In this document: one piece after another, positions 27,049 to 35,607 of the stretch
Layout of the letters: every line of letters begins with the position of its first letter
How positions within the stretch are numbered: position 1 is the first letter of the stretch
Assembly (NCBI GenBank): GCA_014728035.1
Contig: WJMJ01000059.1
Span: 192,001-256,000 of the forward strand
DNA: 64,000 nucleotides
Source: Promethearchaeota archaeon
Lineage (GTDB): Archaea; Asgardarchaeota; Thorarchaeia; Thorarchaeales; Thorarchaeaceae
Reading direction: 5' to 3'
Notes under the pieces: model-generated
Database searches by the model: none
Told to the model about the DNA's origin: nothing
Seen by the model: only the letters and a program-made list of their open reading frames with translations
Made by a program: the position numbers and the translations under genes

Positions 27049-27942
27049 TCATGTTCGTATTAGCTTGAATTTGCAGCTCTTATCTCCAGTTGCTCTACAT
27101 GATATTTCTTTGACAGAAATACTGGGGTTGTCTAAGGCTCCTTCGATAAAACCACTGAAGAAGTGGCACATTGGGTTTTCTGCACTTCGATTTCGACATA
27201 TTGGGCAAAGAGTCACATCAAATACTTCTTCTTTTTTGTCATACTTGACTATGGAAATCTCACTAAGAAGATCATATACATCTCGCTGGTCAATTACTAT
27301 TTCGCCTTTGAATGTCTGTTTTGCTATTATGTGTCCTGAATACCTTCCTAGTGTTTTGATTATTGCAATTTGTTGGTTATCGTTTTCTTTGAAATGTTTG
27401 TCTATTTGCCTGACTAATTTTATGGTTTCATCCGGATATCCCTTGATTAGGTCTAGACCAAGATTGAGAATCTCATATAACTGTGACAGATGGACGAATG
27501 ATGGTATGAATTCTAATAGTTCTGGATACTGTTTGTTGAGCGTATTGAGCTGTGTGTAGATGTCCCTGATGTTTTTTTCAAAAGGCACAAATCGGTCTCT
27601 GTGAACAAAAAATTCTTCCTCGCTGAAAAACTGTTCATAGGATTCTATAAATTCATGCTCTATTTGTTTTATTAGTAATTTCGCAAAGGTCTCATCATCA
27701 TCCTTTGTGGTATGTATTATGAACAAAATCGGACCATTCGAGCTGTATACCAAAGAACCCTCCTCGACTGATACGGCACGAAGCTCTTTGTGTCCTAACT
27801 CTTTGATTAAAGTATTTATTGCACTTGAAACTCCCCCAAAGAGTTCAAGAAATTCTTCCAGCTCATCTTCTCTTTTTGCATCTATACTTACTCGTAATAA
27901 TGGTACTCCATCTCGATGAACAACAAAAATCGTCTTAATCAT
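27049..27942 (-). CDS. longin-like domain fused to a V4R domain
   Basis: N-terminal MIKTIFVVHRDGVPLL...LFGGVSSAINTL...ILFII...IEHEFIESY; C-terminal CPIC...MCHFFSGFIEG...VKEISCRATGDKSCKF. Confidence 0.78.
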   Translation of the reverse strand: MIKTIFVVHRDGVPLLRVSIDAKREDELEEFLELFGGVSSAINTLIKELGHKELRAVSVEEGSLVYSSNGPILFIIHTTKDDDETFAKLLIKQIEHEFIESYEQFFSEEEFFVHRDRFVPFEKNIRDIYTQLNTLNKQYPELLEFIPSFVHLSQLYEILNLGLDLIKGYPDETIKLVRQIDKHFKENDNQQIAIIKTLGRYSGHIIAKQTFKGEIVIDQRDVYDLLSEISIVKYDKKEEVFDVTLCPICRNRSAENPMCHFFSGFIEGALDNPSISVKEISCRATGDKSCKFKLIRT

Positions 27943-28340
27943 GTTTCCTCAGCTGTTTCTTGTTCTGTTCCCATTAGTCTTTTTGAAAACGCATAAAATT
28001 GTCTAAATGCGAATATCAACATGAAGATTCCAATCAATAATAGGGATAGGCGTGTTGGCTTCCATATGAAATCATAGAACGCTTTTGGTGTAAACCAAAA
28101 CCACTCGTCAAAGGCATCCATTGAAGTGCTAACTATCCCAAAAATACTGAATCCAATTAGTGGCAAGAATGTGATATTACGGTCTATCATTGGATATCTC
28201 CGTCTAGCTTGAAGGATAACTAACAATACAACTACAAATGCAATGACTGCACCTAAGTCCAGAAATGCTTTGGTGATACTCAATATGTCATCCGGTGGAT
28301 GAAATTCAATCAATATATCCTGCATTCTTATAGCCCCCAT
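27939..28340 (-). CDS. small membrane protein (about 3 TM), paralog of the upstream gene
   Basis: TM-RRYP-TM-SMDAFD-TM pattern; overlaps both neighbours. Confidence 0.72.
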   Translation of the reverse strand: MGAIRMQDILIEFHPPDDILSITKAFLDLGAVIAFVVVLLVILQARRRYPMIDRNITFLPLIGFSIFGIVSTSMDAFDEWFWFTPKAFYDFIWKPTRLSLLLIGIFMLIFAFRQFYAFSKRLMGTEQETAEET

Positions 28341-28669
28341 TGTTCTGCACCGTATTCTGTAATCATATAGATTCCAATAGCAAATAGAATCAATCCGATT
28401 ACGAACGTACTGCCATCTAAGATGTTCAAAATATCCACAATAATATCATCAAATTGAAGGGTGTCAAAGACATCAAAGACCGAATGCAGCAGTATGAATA
28501 TCAGTCCTATAATGATGATAGCCCATCCTCTTGATGTGAGAGTTGGATAGCGCAAATAGACCAAGATAGCTATTACTATGGCTATTGCAACTCCAATTGC
28601 AATCAATGACTCAACACCAAATAAGAACAGATCGTCTGGTGACAATAATTCAGCTTGGATGGTAACCAC
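28328..28669 (-). CDS. small membrane protein (about 3 TM)
   Basis: TM-LRYP-TM-VFDVFD-TM pattern. Confidence 0.72.
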   Translation of the reverse strand: MVTIQAELLSPDDLFLFGVESLIAIGVAIAIVIAILVYLRYPTLTSRGWAIIIIGLIFILLHSVFDVFDTLQFDDIIVDILNILDGSTFVIGLILFAIGIYMITEYGAEQWGL

Positions 28670-28806
28670 CTGATTTCCTGAATGAAATCTAGGAGTTAAA
28701 TCTTCCTAAGTATTCAGTGCTAGTCGATTCACCATTTTCTAAGATATTACAAATACTCATCTGGTCTGAATTTTTAAAACAAGACCTGATGAATACTTGT
28801 CCTATA

Positions 28807-29742
28807 CTATACTATGATTGATTCTTCTGGGACTCTTGGAAACAATGTGGTTTCTCGGATGTGTTTTCTTTTTGTCAAGAATCGAATTAGACGTTCAATT
28901 CCAAGACCTCCTCCTGAGCTAGGACAAAGCTGTTTTGCTCTTGCCAATTCTAAATATGGTGTGAAGTCTTTAGGGTCTTGTCCTCTCTCAAGTATTTTTC
29001 TCACCAGTACCGAGTATTCATAATCTCTCTCGCCACCGGAGAGAGCTTCACCATATCCATTGGGATAACACAAATCGTAGTTTATGTATGTCCCTTTATC
29101 CTCTGGGTCTTCTCGGTCATAGAATTCTCTATCAAAATCTGTTATCCAGAATAGATCTTTCTCTAGCTGTGATATCTTTGATTCAAAGTCAGCTCCATAC
29201 TTTTCAAGCAGTTTCTTACTTGAATACACTCTGAAAGGTGCCTGAGGCACAATGATATCGATTCCAAGTTTCAAACACTCCTCTTCGCAATATTCCTTGA
29301 CTCTTGAGAAAATATGAACCATTAATCCTTCAACTAATCTTCTGAAGTCTTCTTCAGGCATATCTCGTATCTCTATATCTAACTGGGAGAATTCGAGCAG
29401 GTGTCTATCGCTCTTCACTCCTTTTTCCAATCTGACGTTTGGTGAAATAATGTAGATGCCACGTACATCCAATCTGGCAATAGCAATCTGTTTATGGAGG
29501 ATCATACTCTTTGTAAGCTGCAACTTTTGTCCCAAGTAGTCTATAGACGCATCGTAGACCTCGTGGTTCAAAGGATCAGTGACTGGAGAAAGCATTACTG
29601 GCATCATTTGCACAATGCCTTCTCTATGTAAAAATTCATGAGCTGCAAGTAGTACTTGACTCTGGATTTTGTAGATTTCCCCTAAGGCTCTATCTGTTTG
29701 CATATCGGTCTGTCTTGTTGTGGAAGCTGTCTGAAAGGTCAT
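28807..29742 (-). CDS. asnA: archaeal asparagine synthetase A (AsnRS catalytic-core-like)
   Basis: SPVTDPL, LTKSMILHKQ, SPNVRLE, RHLLEFSQLD, GEALSGGER, GLGIERL; no anticodon-binding domain. Confidence 0.9.
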   Translation of the reverse strand: MTFQTASTTRQTDMQTDRALGEIYKIQSQVLLAAHEFLHREGIVQMMPVMLSPVTDPLNHEVYDASIDYLGQKLQLTKSMILHKQIAIARLDVRGIYIISPNVRLEKGVKSDRHLLEFSQLDIEIRDMPEEDFRRLVEGLMVHIFSRVKEYCEEECLKLGIDIIVPQAPFRVYSSKKLLEKYGADFESKISQLEKDLFWITDFDREFYDREDPEDKGTYINYDLCYPNGYGEALSGGERDYEYSVLVRKILERGQDPKDFTPYLELARAKQLCPSSGGGLGIERLIRFLTKRKHIRETTLFPRVPEESIIV

Positions 29743-29806
29743 TATACACCACTCTGGTTTTGGGATATATCCGACTAGAACCATTTGAAAACAAAAGATT
29801 TTGCTG

Positions 29807-29865
29807 TAAAATTTGGATTATTTTGCTAAAATGGTATTATTTTTAATGAATAGTGGAATATTTTT
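29807..29865. promoter_or_regulatory. three phased AAAAT/GAAT...ATTTT boxes (putative Lrp/AsnC operators)
   Basis: TAAAATTTGGATTATTTTG, TAAAATGGTATTATTTTTA and TGAATAGTGGAATATTTTT at 20-bp spacing between divergent asnA and lrp. Confidence 0.5.
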
Positions 29866-29870
29866 CCATT

Positions 29871-30320
29871 ATGACGTTTCTCGATGAAAAAGACTTACAG
29901 ATTATAGCTCTTTTACAGGAAAATGCGCGGTATTCCACCAAAGAGATGTATCAGAAGTCTGGCATTCCTCAGACTACCATCTATAATCGGATTAAACGAT
30001 TACGCGAAAGGGGAGTTATCACACGGTTTACCATTGAACTTGATAGAAAGAAGATGGGAAGAGGACTTCTTGCCTATATTATGTGTACCGTATCTTATCG
30101 TACTTCTAAAGGCAAAAAGATTGACCAGTATCAGGTTGCTGAACTAATTCGCCAGTTTTCAGAGGTGGAAGAGGTTTCGATCGTCACTGGTGAGACCGAC
30201 CTCATCGTACGTGTTGCTCTGAAGGATGTTGAGGCACTCAATGAGTTTGTGATATCCAAATTGCGGGATATCGATGGAATTGAGAAGACCAAGACTAGTG
30301 TGGTATTGTCACTGCTATGA
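29871..30320 (+). CDS. Lrp/AsnC-family transcriptional regulator
   Basis: LDEKDLQIIALLQENAR...TIYNRIKRLRERGVI; VTGETDLIVRV. Confidence 0.93.
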   Translation: MTFLDEKDLQIIALLQENARYSTKEMYQKSGIPQTTIYNRIKRLRERGVITRFTIELDRKKMGRGLLAYIMCTVSYRTSKGKKIDQYQVAELIRQFSEVEEVSIVTGETDLIVRVALKDVEALNEFVISKLRDIDGIEKTKTSVVLSLL

Positions 30321-30424
30321 GTCTTTTCGATTCGAATTCTATCTATCTTGTTTGGAGTAAAGAACCACTTTTGTATGTCTTTATTAGCATCACTTGCTAC
30401 AATGAGGTGTTAGCTAAATGTTGA

Positions 30425-31714
30425 GTGTACATATTATTGAATGATGACTCTTTACAACAATCTTCTGCTTCTATAGATACAATTGTGCGTAGTGCCCCTG
30501 ATAGTCTTCTCTCTGTGTGGTTTGACCAATATTTCTATTTCAAACGGAATGATCTGAGAAAAATTTTGTATAATGTATGTGATACACTCAATATTGAAGG
30601 CACATCATCTGAAAGAATAGAACAACTGAATACCTGCATGAGTAAACAAATTCCTAACAAGCACTTTCACAAATTGTCACTGAATAATGGAACCGTTCGC
30701 CTTTCGGGAATGATGTTATCCTTTTTACTTTCGGTTCTTGGGATTTCTGTGCGTGAGGTTCAAAAATTCGTTGTACGCGTATGTGGACGGAACGGTCATG
30801 GTGGTATCAAAAAGCCAAACATGATGGAGGGTGAAGAACTCGAAGTGTTCAGAGCTCGTTTTGCTGCAATCGTGAACAGTGATTGCTGGCTTGGTGAAGA
30901 TGGTAGATTACAGTATACTGAAGCTGATAGAGGTCGAATCAAAGTGGTTTTCGATATACTACAGATGATTGGGGATATCCCAATTGAACTGGTTCCGAAT
31001 CCTGTTAATCGCAGCGTGAAGATATGGTTACCAAAACCTCTTGGCCCCGCCTTTATTCGATGGGGCTTTACAACAGGTGACAAGTCTATTCAAAATGAAC
31101 GTTTAGTAGAAATAGTTAGAAATGGGTCATTGATCTCGCATAGAGGATATCTTGAAGAATTGATTTCTGAAGATGGCTGCTTTGAACAATTTGCTGGTTT
31201 CAAATGGAGTAGAACTATTGTTCTCAATTTGGGGATTTATGATACCAAATATAATCTCGAACCAAAGCTTTCCAATCAAGACTGTGAGCTTCTTCTATCA
31301 TTTGATAAAGCTCGAAAAGACATGAAGAAAAAGTGTACTATTGTATCAATACACCAGCTTGAGAAGGCAATTGAACATGATTTTGCCCAGGATGTATTGG
31401 AAATAGTTTCAACATCTCGTAGTAGTCTTCTGGATGATGAGGTATCTCTTGCTGAGCAATTTGGTATTAGAATTCTATCATACCCCGAATACATTACACT
31501 GTATGAGAGTGGACGAGTATCCGTCAAGTGGGTTGCAAAGACAGCAACCAAATTAGATGCCATCCGATGGGCTCTATTATTCCCTCCAAATGATCCGAGA
31601 AAAAGAAACAAAGTTAACCAATGGTTAAAAACTCAAAGAGATGAAACTTCAATTATTCGAGATCATCTTGAACGAGAAGGAATCCTAACGTATGGTGGAC
31701 CGGGCGTGATTTGA
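30425..31714 (+). CDS. free-standing LAGLIDADG (DOD-type) homing-endonuclease-like protein
   Basis: Motif 1 FAAIVNSDCWL followed by RLQYTEAD; block RWGFTTGDK...EIVRNGS; motif 2 YLEELISEDGCF. Confidence 0.72.
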   Translation: MYILLNDDSLQQSSASIDTIVRSAPDSLLSVWFDQYFYFKRNDLRKILYNVCDTLNIEGTSSERIEQLNTCMSKQIPNKHFHKLSLNNGTVRLSGMMLSFLLSVLGISVREVQKFVVRVCGRNGHGGIKKPNMMEGEELEVFRARFAAIVNSDCWLGEDGRLQYTEADRGRIKVVFDILQMIGDIPIELVPNPVNRSVKIWLPKPLGPAFIRWGFTTGDKSIQNERLVEIVRNGSLISHRGYLEELISEDGCFEQFAGFKWSRTIVLNLGIYDTKYNLEPKLSNQDCELLLSFDKARKDMKKKCTIVSIHQLEKAIEHDFAQDVLEIVSTSRSSLLDDEVSLAEQFGIRILSYPEYITLYESGRVSVKWVAKTATKLDAIRWALLFPPNDPRKRNKVNQWLKTQRDETSIIRDHLEREGILTYGGPGVI

Positions 31715-31799
31715 ACACGCGACCTCCTCCATGCCAAGGAGGCGATCTTTCCCGACAGCCACATAATGCTGGACTGTTACCGAGCTGATCTACCGGCCC
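31693..31799 (-). tRNA. tRNA-Ala(GGC) with a 30-nt BHB-like intron at 20/21 (31749-31778)
   Basis: GGGCCGG/CCGGTCC acceptor with G3:U70, CCTCC-TTGGCAT-GGAGG, encoded CCA; CTCG-GTA...CGGG-AAA motif. Confidence 0.92.
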
Positions 31800-32201
31800 G
31801 TGATATTGCACAGGGCATCCGAAGATAACCAGTGGTGTGCAATTTGTTCTGCACACATATCAGGTTAAAAGAGTTATGGCATGAAGATTCCAGATATATT
31901 TACTAGATGATTTTAATTGGGACAAGAAGAAACTGATTTTGAAAGTTGCTAATGTGCTTGTTCTATCCTATCTGATACTATCCAGTCACTAATAAAGTCC
32001 GATAAATACTGAAATCCAAATTGAGAGTAATGACTAGTTTTTTCTTGAATTTTAAGGAAAAGTAGCTAGAATTTTCGCTGTATTTTGTTCGCTCTCCATG
32101 GATATTACTACTTAGAATAAAGACAATTCAAAGGAGACAAACAAAAGATGAACTTTCCAGAGCCACATCCCGACGGACCTTGGTAACCAACTATTTCAAT
32201 G

Positions 32202-32223
32202 GATGTCTTGATATCAAGACATC
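32202..32223. other. perfect 22-bp palindrome GATGTCTTGATATCAAGACATC
   Basis: Read directly; about 40 nt beyond the peptidase stop codon. Confidence 0.55.
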
Positions 32224-32260
32224 TCTATTTTTTCTTGAATCTAAACGTAGATGGATTTAA

Positions 32261-34318
32261 CTATATTTCAAGGTTAATCCTGTGCCAATATAATTCCACT
32301 AACCAGAAATCAATCCATTCGTTCATTGTCATTCCTCCTACATGACCCGTTTGTTTCCGAACCCATAAAATAATTGGAGAATCTGAAGATAGTCTACTTG
32401 CTTTCTCTTGAAGATGTGCCAATAATTTTGTTGTGTGCATCAAGTTTGCTCTTGCATCATTCTCTGCTACATAGAAGAGTGTTGGAGGATATTCTACAGA
32501 TTCTGATACGTTATGATATGGTGAATATGAATGGAGGTAATGAAACTCTTCAGCTTTCGATGGGTCTCCGTACTCATTAATCCAATATGAAGCGATTGGA
32601 TCTCTGGTGTATCTTATCATGTCTGCAAGTGGGGCTGAGGCATATACTGAACCAAAACACTGTGGTTCTTTCATCATTGCTGATAAGACCATCAGTCCAC
32701 CATTGCTTGACCCACGAATTCCAATCATCTCATGTGTCGAATATCCCTCATCTACAAACCATTTCGCTGCATGAATCACATCTTCTATGACATTCATTTT
32801 GTTCTCGAGCTTTCCATCTCTGTGCCATTTTTCGCCGAATTCACCTCCACCTCTAATATTAGCGATTGCATAGTAACCTCCTAATTCATTCCATAGCACA
32901 TGAAACGGTGAATAAGTTGGATGCTGTGAAATGCCGAAGCCTCCATAGACATGTATGATAGTAGGATGTGGGACACTGGTATCTAGGTCTCGGCGATACA
33001 TCAGAAACATCGGGATTTCTGTTCCGTCAAAGGATTGGAACCAGACCTGTTTGCACACATATTCTGTTTCAATCAAGCTTATTTTTGGCTTGAAGAATGA
33101 GCTTACTTTAGTTAAAGGCGAGTAAGCTTTGTATTGAATTGGTGAATAGAATGAATTCACCCCGAACATGATAATCTCTTCACCATCAGTGGAAAGATTG
33201 ACAATTTGTGTGATTTCTTCGTTACCAAATATAATCTCAGATTGATGTGTATTCAGGTCGAACTTTGTAAGGAGCGAGTGCACATTTTCTGTTTCAGCTA
33301 TAATCAGTGATTCGTTAAATGGAATAAGCAAATCAATTGGGTTCTTTGTTTTGTATGGTATTGTCTGCCGTTGTATTACGATATCTTCTGAAGGAGAAGG
33401 TAATGCATAATGACTGATTTGTTGTCCCGATTCTGGGGATTCATGGGCGATGTAGAGTGAATTTTGATACATATATGGGATAATTTTCGATTGATTCTCT
33501 AATAGTACAATTATTTCAGAGGCGCATTCAGGATGAAAGACAACCAGATCAATAGATACTCCTTGGTTTCTTGTGTATACCAGCCAGCTAGAATTTTCGC
33601 ATCCATATAATTCAACACGTTCGGGTTTTCTTCCCTCTCCTGATATCATACAGATATCGTCCTCATAATTCGTACCAATTCTATGGTAAAAGATACTGCC
33701 AGCAAAACGGCCATTTTCTTCAGGAGTGAATGAAGTGAAGGGATAGTAAAATCCAGAGTTGTCTTTATTCCAAATAATCGTTGCATATAGAAGATTCGGG
33801 ATGATGTCATCCAGATGTTCGGAATTGGCAACCTTGACTATACGAAGTGTCGATTTTTCACGTCCGCCTTTCGAGTAACCATAAGCGACATATGATCCAT
33901 CCCATGATGGAGAAAACCATTCTATCTTTATTGTTCCATCTGCAGCAATGCTAACTGGATTAACCAAAGTAATTCTATCTCCAGTAATTCCATCTTGATA
34001 ACAAAGACGCATCTGTGGATCATTCTGATATCTGAATAAATAGAAGAAACGATGGTCTTTTCTTCTTTTCCTAATAACAATCCCTTGTGTTGACATCGAG
34101 TTAAATAGCGATAATTCACTCAGTCGTTTTTGGATATCTTTTTGTTGTGAATACCCAGAGAGAACACGTTTGCCTAATTCATCCTGTTCTTCTAACCATT
34201 TTTGCACCTCTGGATCCTCATTGTTCTCTAACCACCTATAGGGGTCTCGAACCTTGACTCCATGAATTGTTTCGACTATATTATCACGACGCGTGCTCGG
34301 ATATCTTATCTTGCCCAT
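32261..34318 (-). CDS. prolyl oligopeptidase (S9A)
   Basis: DPYRWLE, YGGFG, NIRGGGEFGEKWH, catalytic GSSNGG, ENDAR, TGH. Confidence 0.93.
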   Translation of the reverse strand: MGKIRYPSTRRDNIVETIHGVKVRDPYRWLENNEDPEVQKWLEEQDELGKRVLSGYSQQKDIQKRLSELSLFNSMSTQGIVIRKRRKDHRFFYLFRYQNDPQMRLCYQDGITGDRITLVNPVSIAADGTIKIEWFSPSWDGSYVAYGYSKGGREKSTLRIVKVANSEHLDDIIPNLLYATIIWNKDNSGFYYPFTSFTPEENGRFAGSIFYHRIGTNYEDDICMISGEGRKPERVELYGCENSSWLVYTRNQGVSIDLVVFHPECASEIIVLLENQSKIIPYMYQNSLYIAHESPESGQQISHYALPSPSEDIVIQRQTIPYKTKNPIDLLIPFNESLIIAETENVHSLLTKFDLNTHQSEIIFGNEEITQIVNLSTDGEEIIMFGVNSFYSPIQYKAYSPLTKVSSFFKPKISLIETEYVCKQVWFQSFDGTEIPMFLMYRRDLDTSVPHPTIIHVYGGFGISQHPTYSPFHVLWNELGGYYAIANIRGGGEFGEKWHRDGKLENKMNVIEDVIHAAKWFVDEGYSTHEMIGIRGSSNGGLMVLSAMMKEPQCFGSVYASAPLADMIRYTRDPIASYWINEYGDPSKAEEFHYLHSYSPYHNVSESVEYPPTLFYVAENDARANLMHTTKLLAHLQEKASRLSSDSPIILWVRKQTGHVGGMTMNEWIDFWLVELYWHRINLEI

Positions 34319-34482
34319 TGCAAAATTCCTACCATGATTTTGAATATGACTTATAGAAACTCTATCTTAATAGTGATTTTGGTGCTAGAAATAATTTGAT
34401 ATTCTGAACACGAAATATTCTGAATCTTGTTGGATATACCATAAAAGAAGAATTAGAGAGGCTGCCTATGCAGCCTATTAGT

Positions 34483-34671
34483 TTAACCACGTACACGAGT
34501 GCCGTGTACTTTCTTGTGCGCCCAGCTGTACTTACGCATTCTCTTGGATGCTCCATAGCCACATGCGGCGCATCGCTTTTTCCGTACATGGTATGATCTT
34601 CTTCCGCATCTTCGGCATCTGATATGATGAGGGTTATTCTTCTTACCCTTTGCTGGGGTTCCCTTTCCCAT
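34483..34671 (-). CDS. rpl37e: 50S ribosomal protein L37e
   Basis: MGKGTP...[13 protein letters not shown]...CAACGYG. Confidence 0.96.
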   Translation of the reverse strand: MGKGTPAKGKKNNPHHIRCRRCGRRSYHVRKKRCAACGYGASKRMRKYSWAHKKVHGTRVRG

Positions 34672-34685
34672 TGATTATCTACTCC

Positions 34686-34946
34686 TTATTTTGGGGGTTT
34701 TGGTGGTGGTGATACTAATACCACATTGTCGCCTCGGACAATCACAGTCTGTATTTGTTCAACGACCTCTTCTTCACTTTCTAAATCGAATGTGAACTCA
34801 TCAGCGTTCTCTAGGATTAAATTCAGGTGTTGGTCGTAACCACGGAGTTTGCCTTTGATTTTTCTGCGTCCTTTTAGTTCAACAAGAACCTGTTGACCAA
34901 TCGCTTTTGATAAGAGTTCCATGGGTTTACCTGCGTTCAATGACAT
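34686..34946 (-). CDS. Sm-like archaeal protein (LSm/SmAP1)
   Basis: GKLRGYDQHLNLIL, IVRGDNVVLVSP; upstream of rpl37e. Confidence 0.95.
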   Translation of the reverse strand: MSLNAGKPMELLSKAIGQQVLVELKGRRKIKGKLRGYDQHLNLILENADEFTFDLESEEEVVEQIQTVIVRGDNVVLVSPPPKPPK

Positions 34947-35103
34947 TCACCATCAGAAGAGGCGTCGAGCATGATGTGCCCGTACCGCTCGGCCTAGTCT
35001 TTTTACTGGACTTTTAAAGCTGACGATGGTACTATTGCATTTTATTCATCAGGTACATGTGATTTCGTAGCTTTCAAAAGGGAGTCGTCTTTCTGTTAGC
35101 AAA

Positions 35104-35607
35104 ATGCCAAAGATTGAACGAATTAAAAAACGGCACTTTCTGAAAAAAGGAGATCAACGTGACCTCTTGGATTATATTGAGAACACTCTTGCTACAGAGG
35201 TAAATCTTGACTCCAAAGCTAGATTTGAAGAGGGAATACTTGATGATGGGTCAAAAGTTATTCTTCTTGATGATGAGATAGTATTCATCGAGATGGAGGG
35301 AAGAATCTTTCCCACCCTTAAAGCACTTCTTCAAAAAATCATCTCTATCCCCTGCATCACGGTAGATATGGGGGCTGTTCGATTTGTTGCCAACGGTGCA
35401 GATATTATGCGTCCTGGGATAACTAAAATTGATGAGGGTATTGAGAAAGATACCATTGTTGCAGTAGTTGACGAACGCCATGGGAAACCTCTTGCAATAG
35501 GAATATCTACAATGGATACAGAAGCACTTCGTGCTGCTGATTCGGGTAAGGTCATCCTATCAAAACATTACGTTGGGGACGACCTTTGGGAATATGGAAA
35601 GGTCTAA
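35104..35607 (+). CDS. PUA-domain RNA-binding protein (MCT-1/Tma20-like)
   Basis: FPTLK, VDMGAVRFVANGADIMRPGI, HYVGDDLW. Confidence 0.92.
   Translation: MPKIERIKKRHFLKKGDQRDLLDYIENTLATEVNLDSKARFEEGILDDGSKVILLDDEIVFIEMEGRIFPTLKALLQKIISIPCITVDMGAVRFVANGADIMRPGITKIDEGIEKDTIVAVVDERHGKPLAIGISTMDTEALRAADSGKVILSKHYVGDDLWEYGKV

Noticed and set aside
27041-27559. 172-aa plus-strand ORF
   Set aside because: Antisense to the longin-V4R gene.
30320-31714. Integrated provirus or plasmid at tRNA-Ala
   Set aside because: No integrase motifs and no second copy of the tRNA 3' end (att repeat) found by eye in the window.
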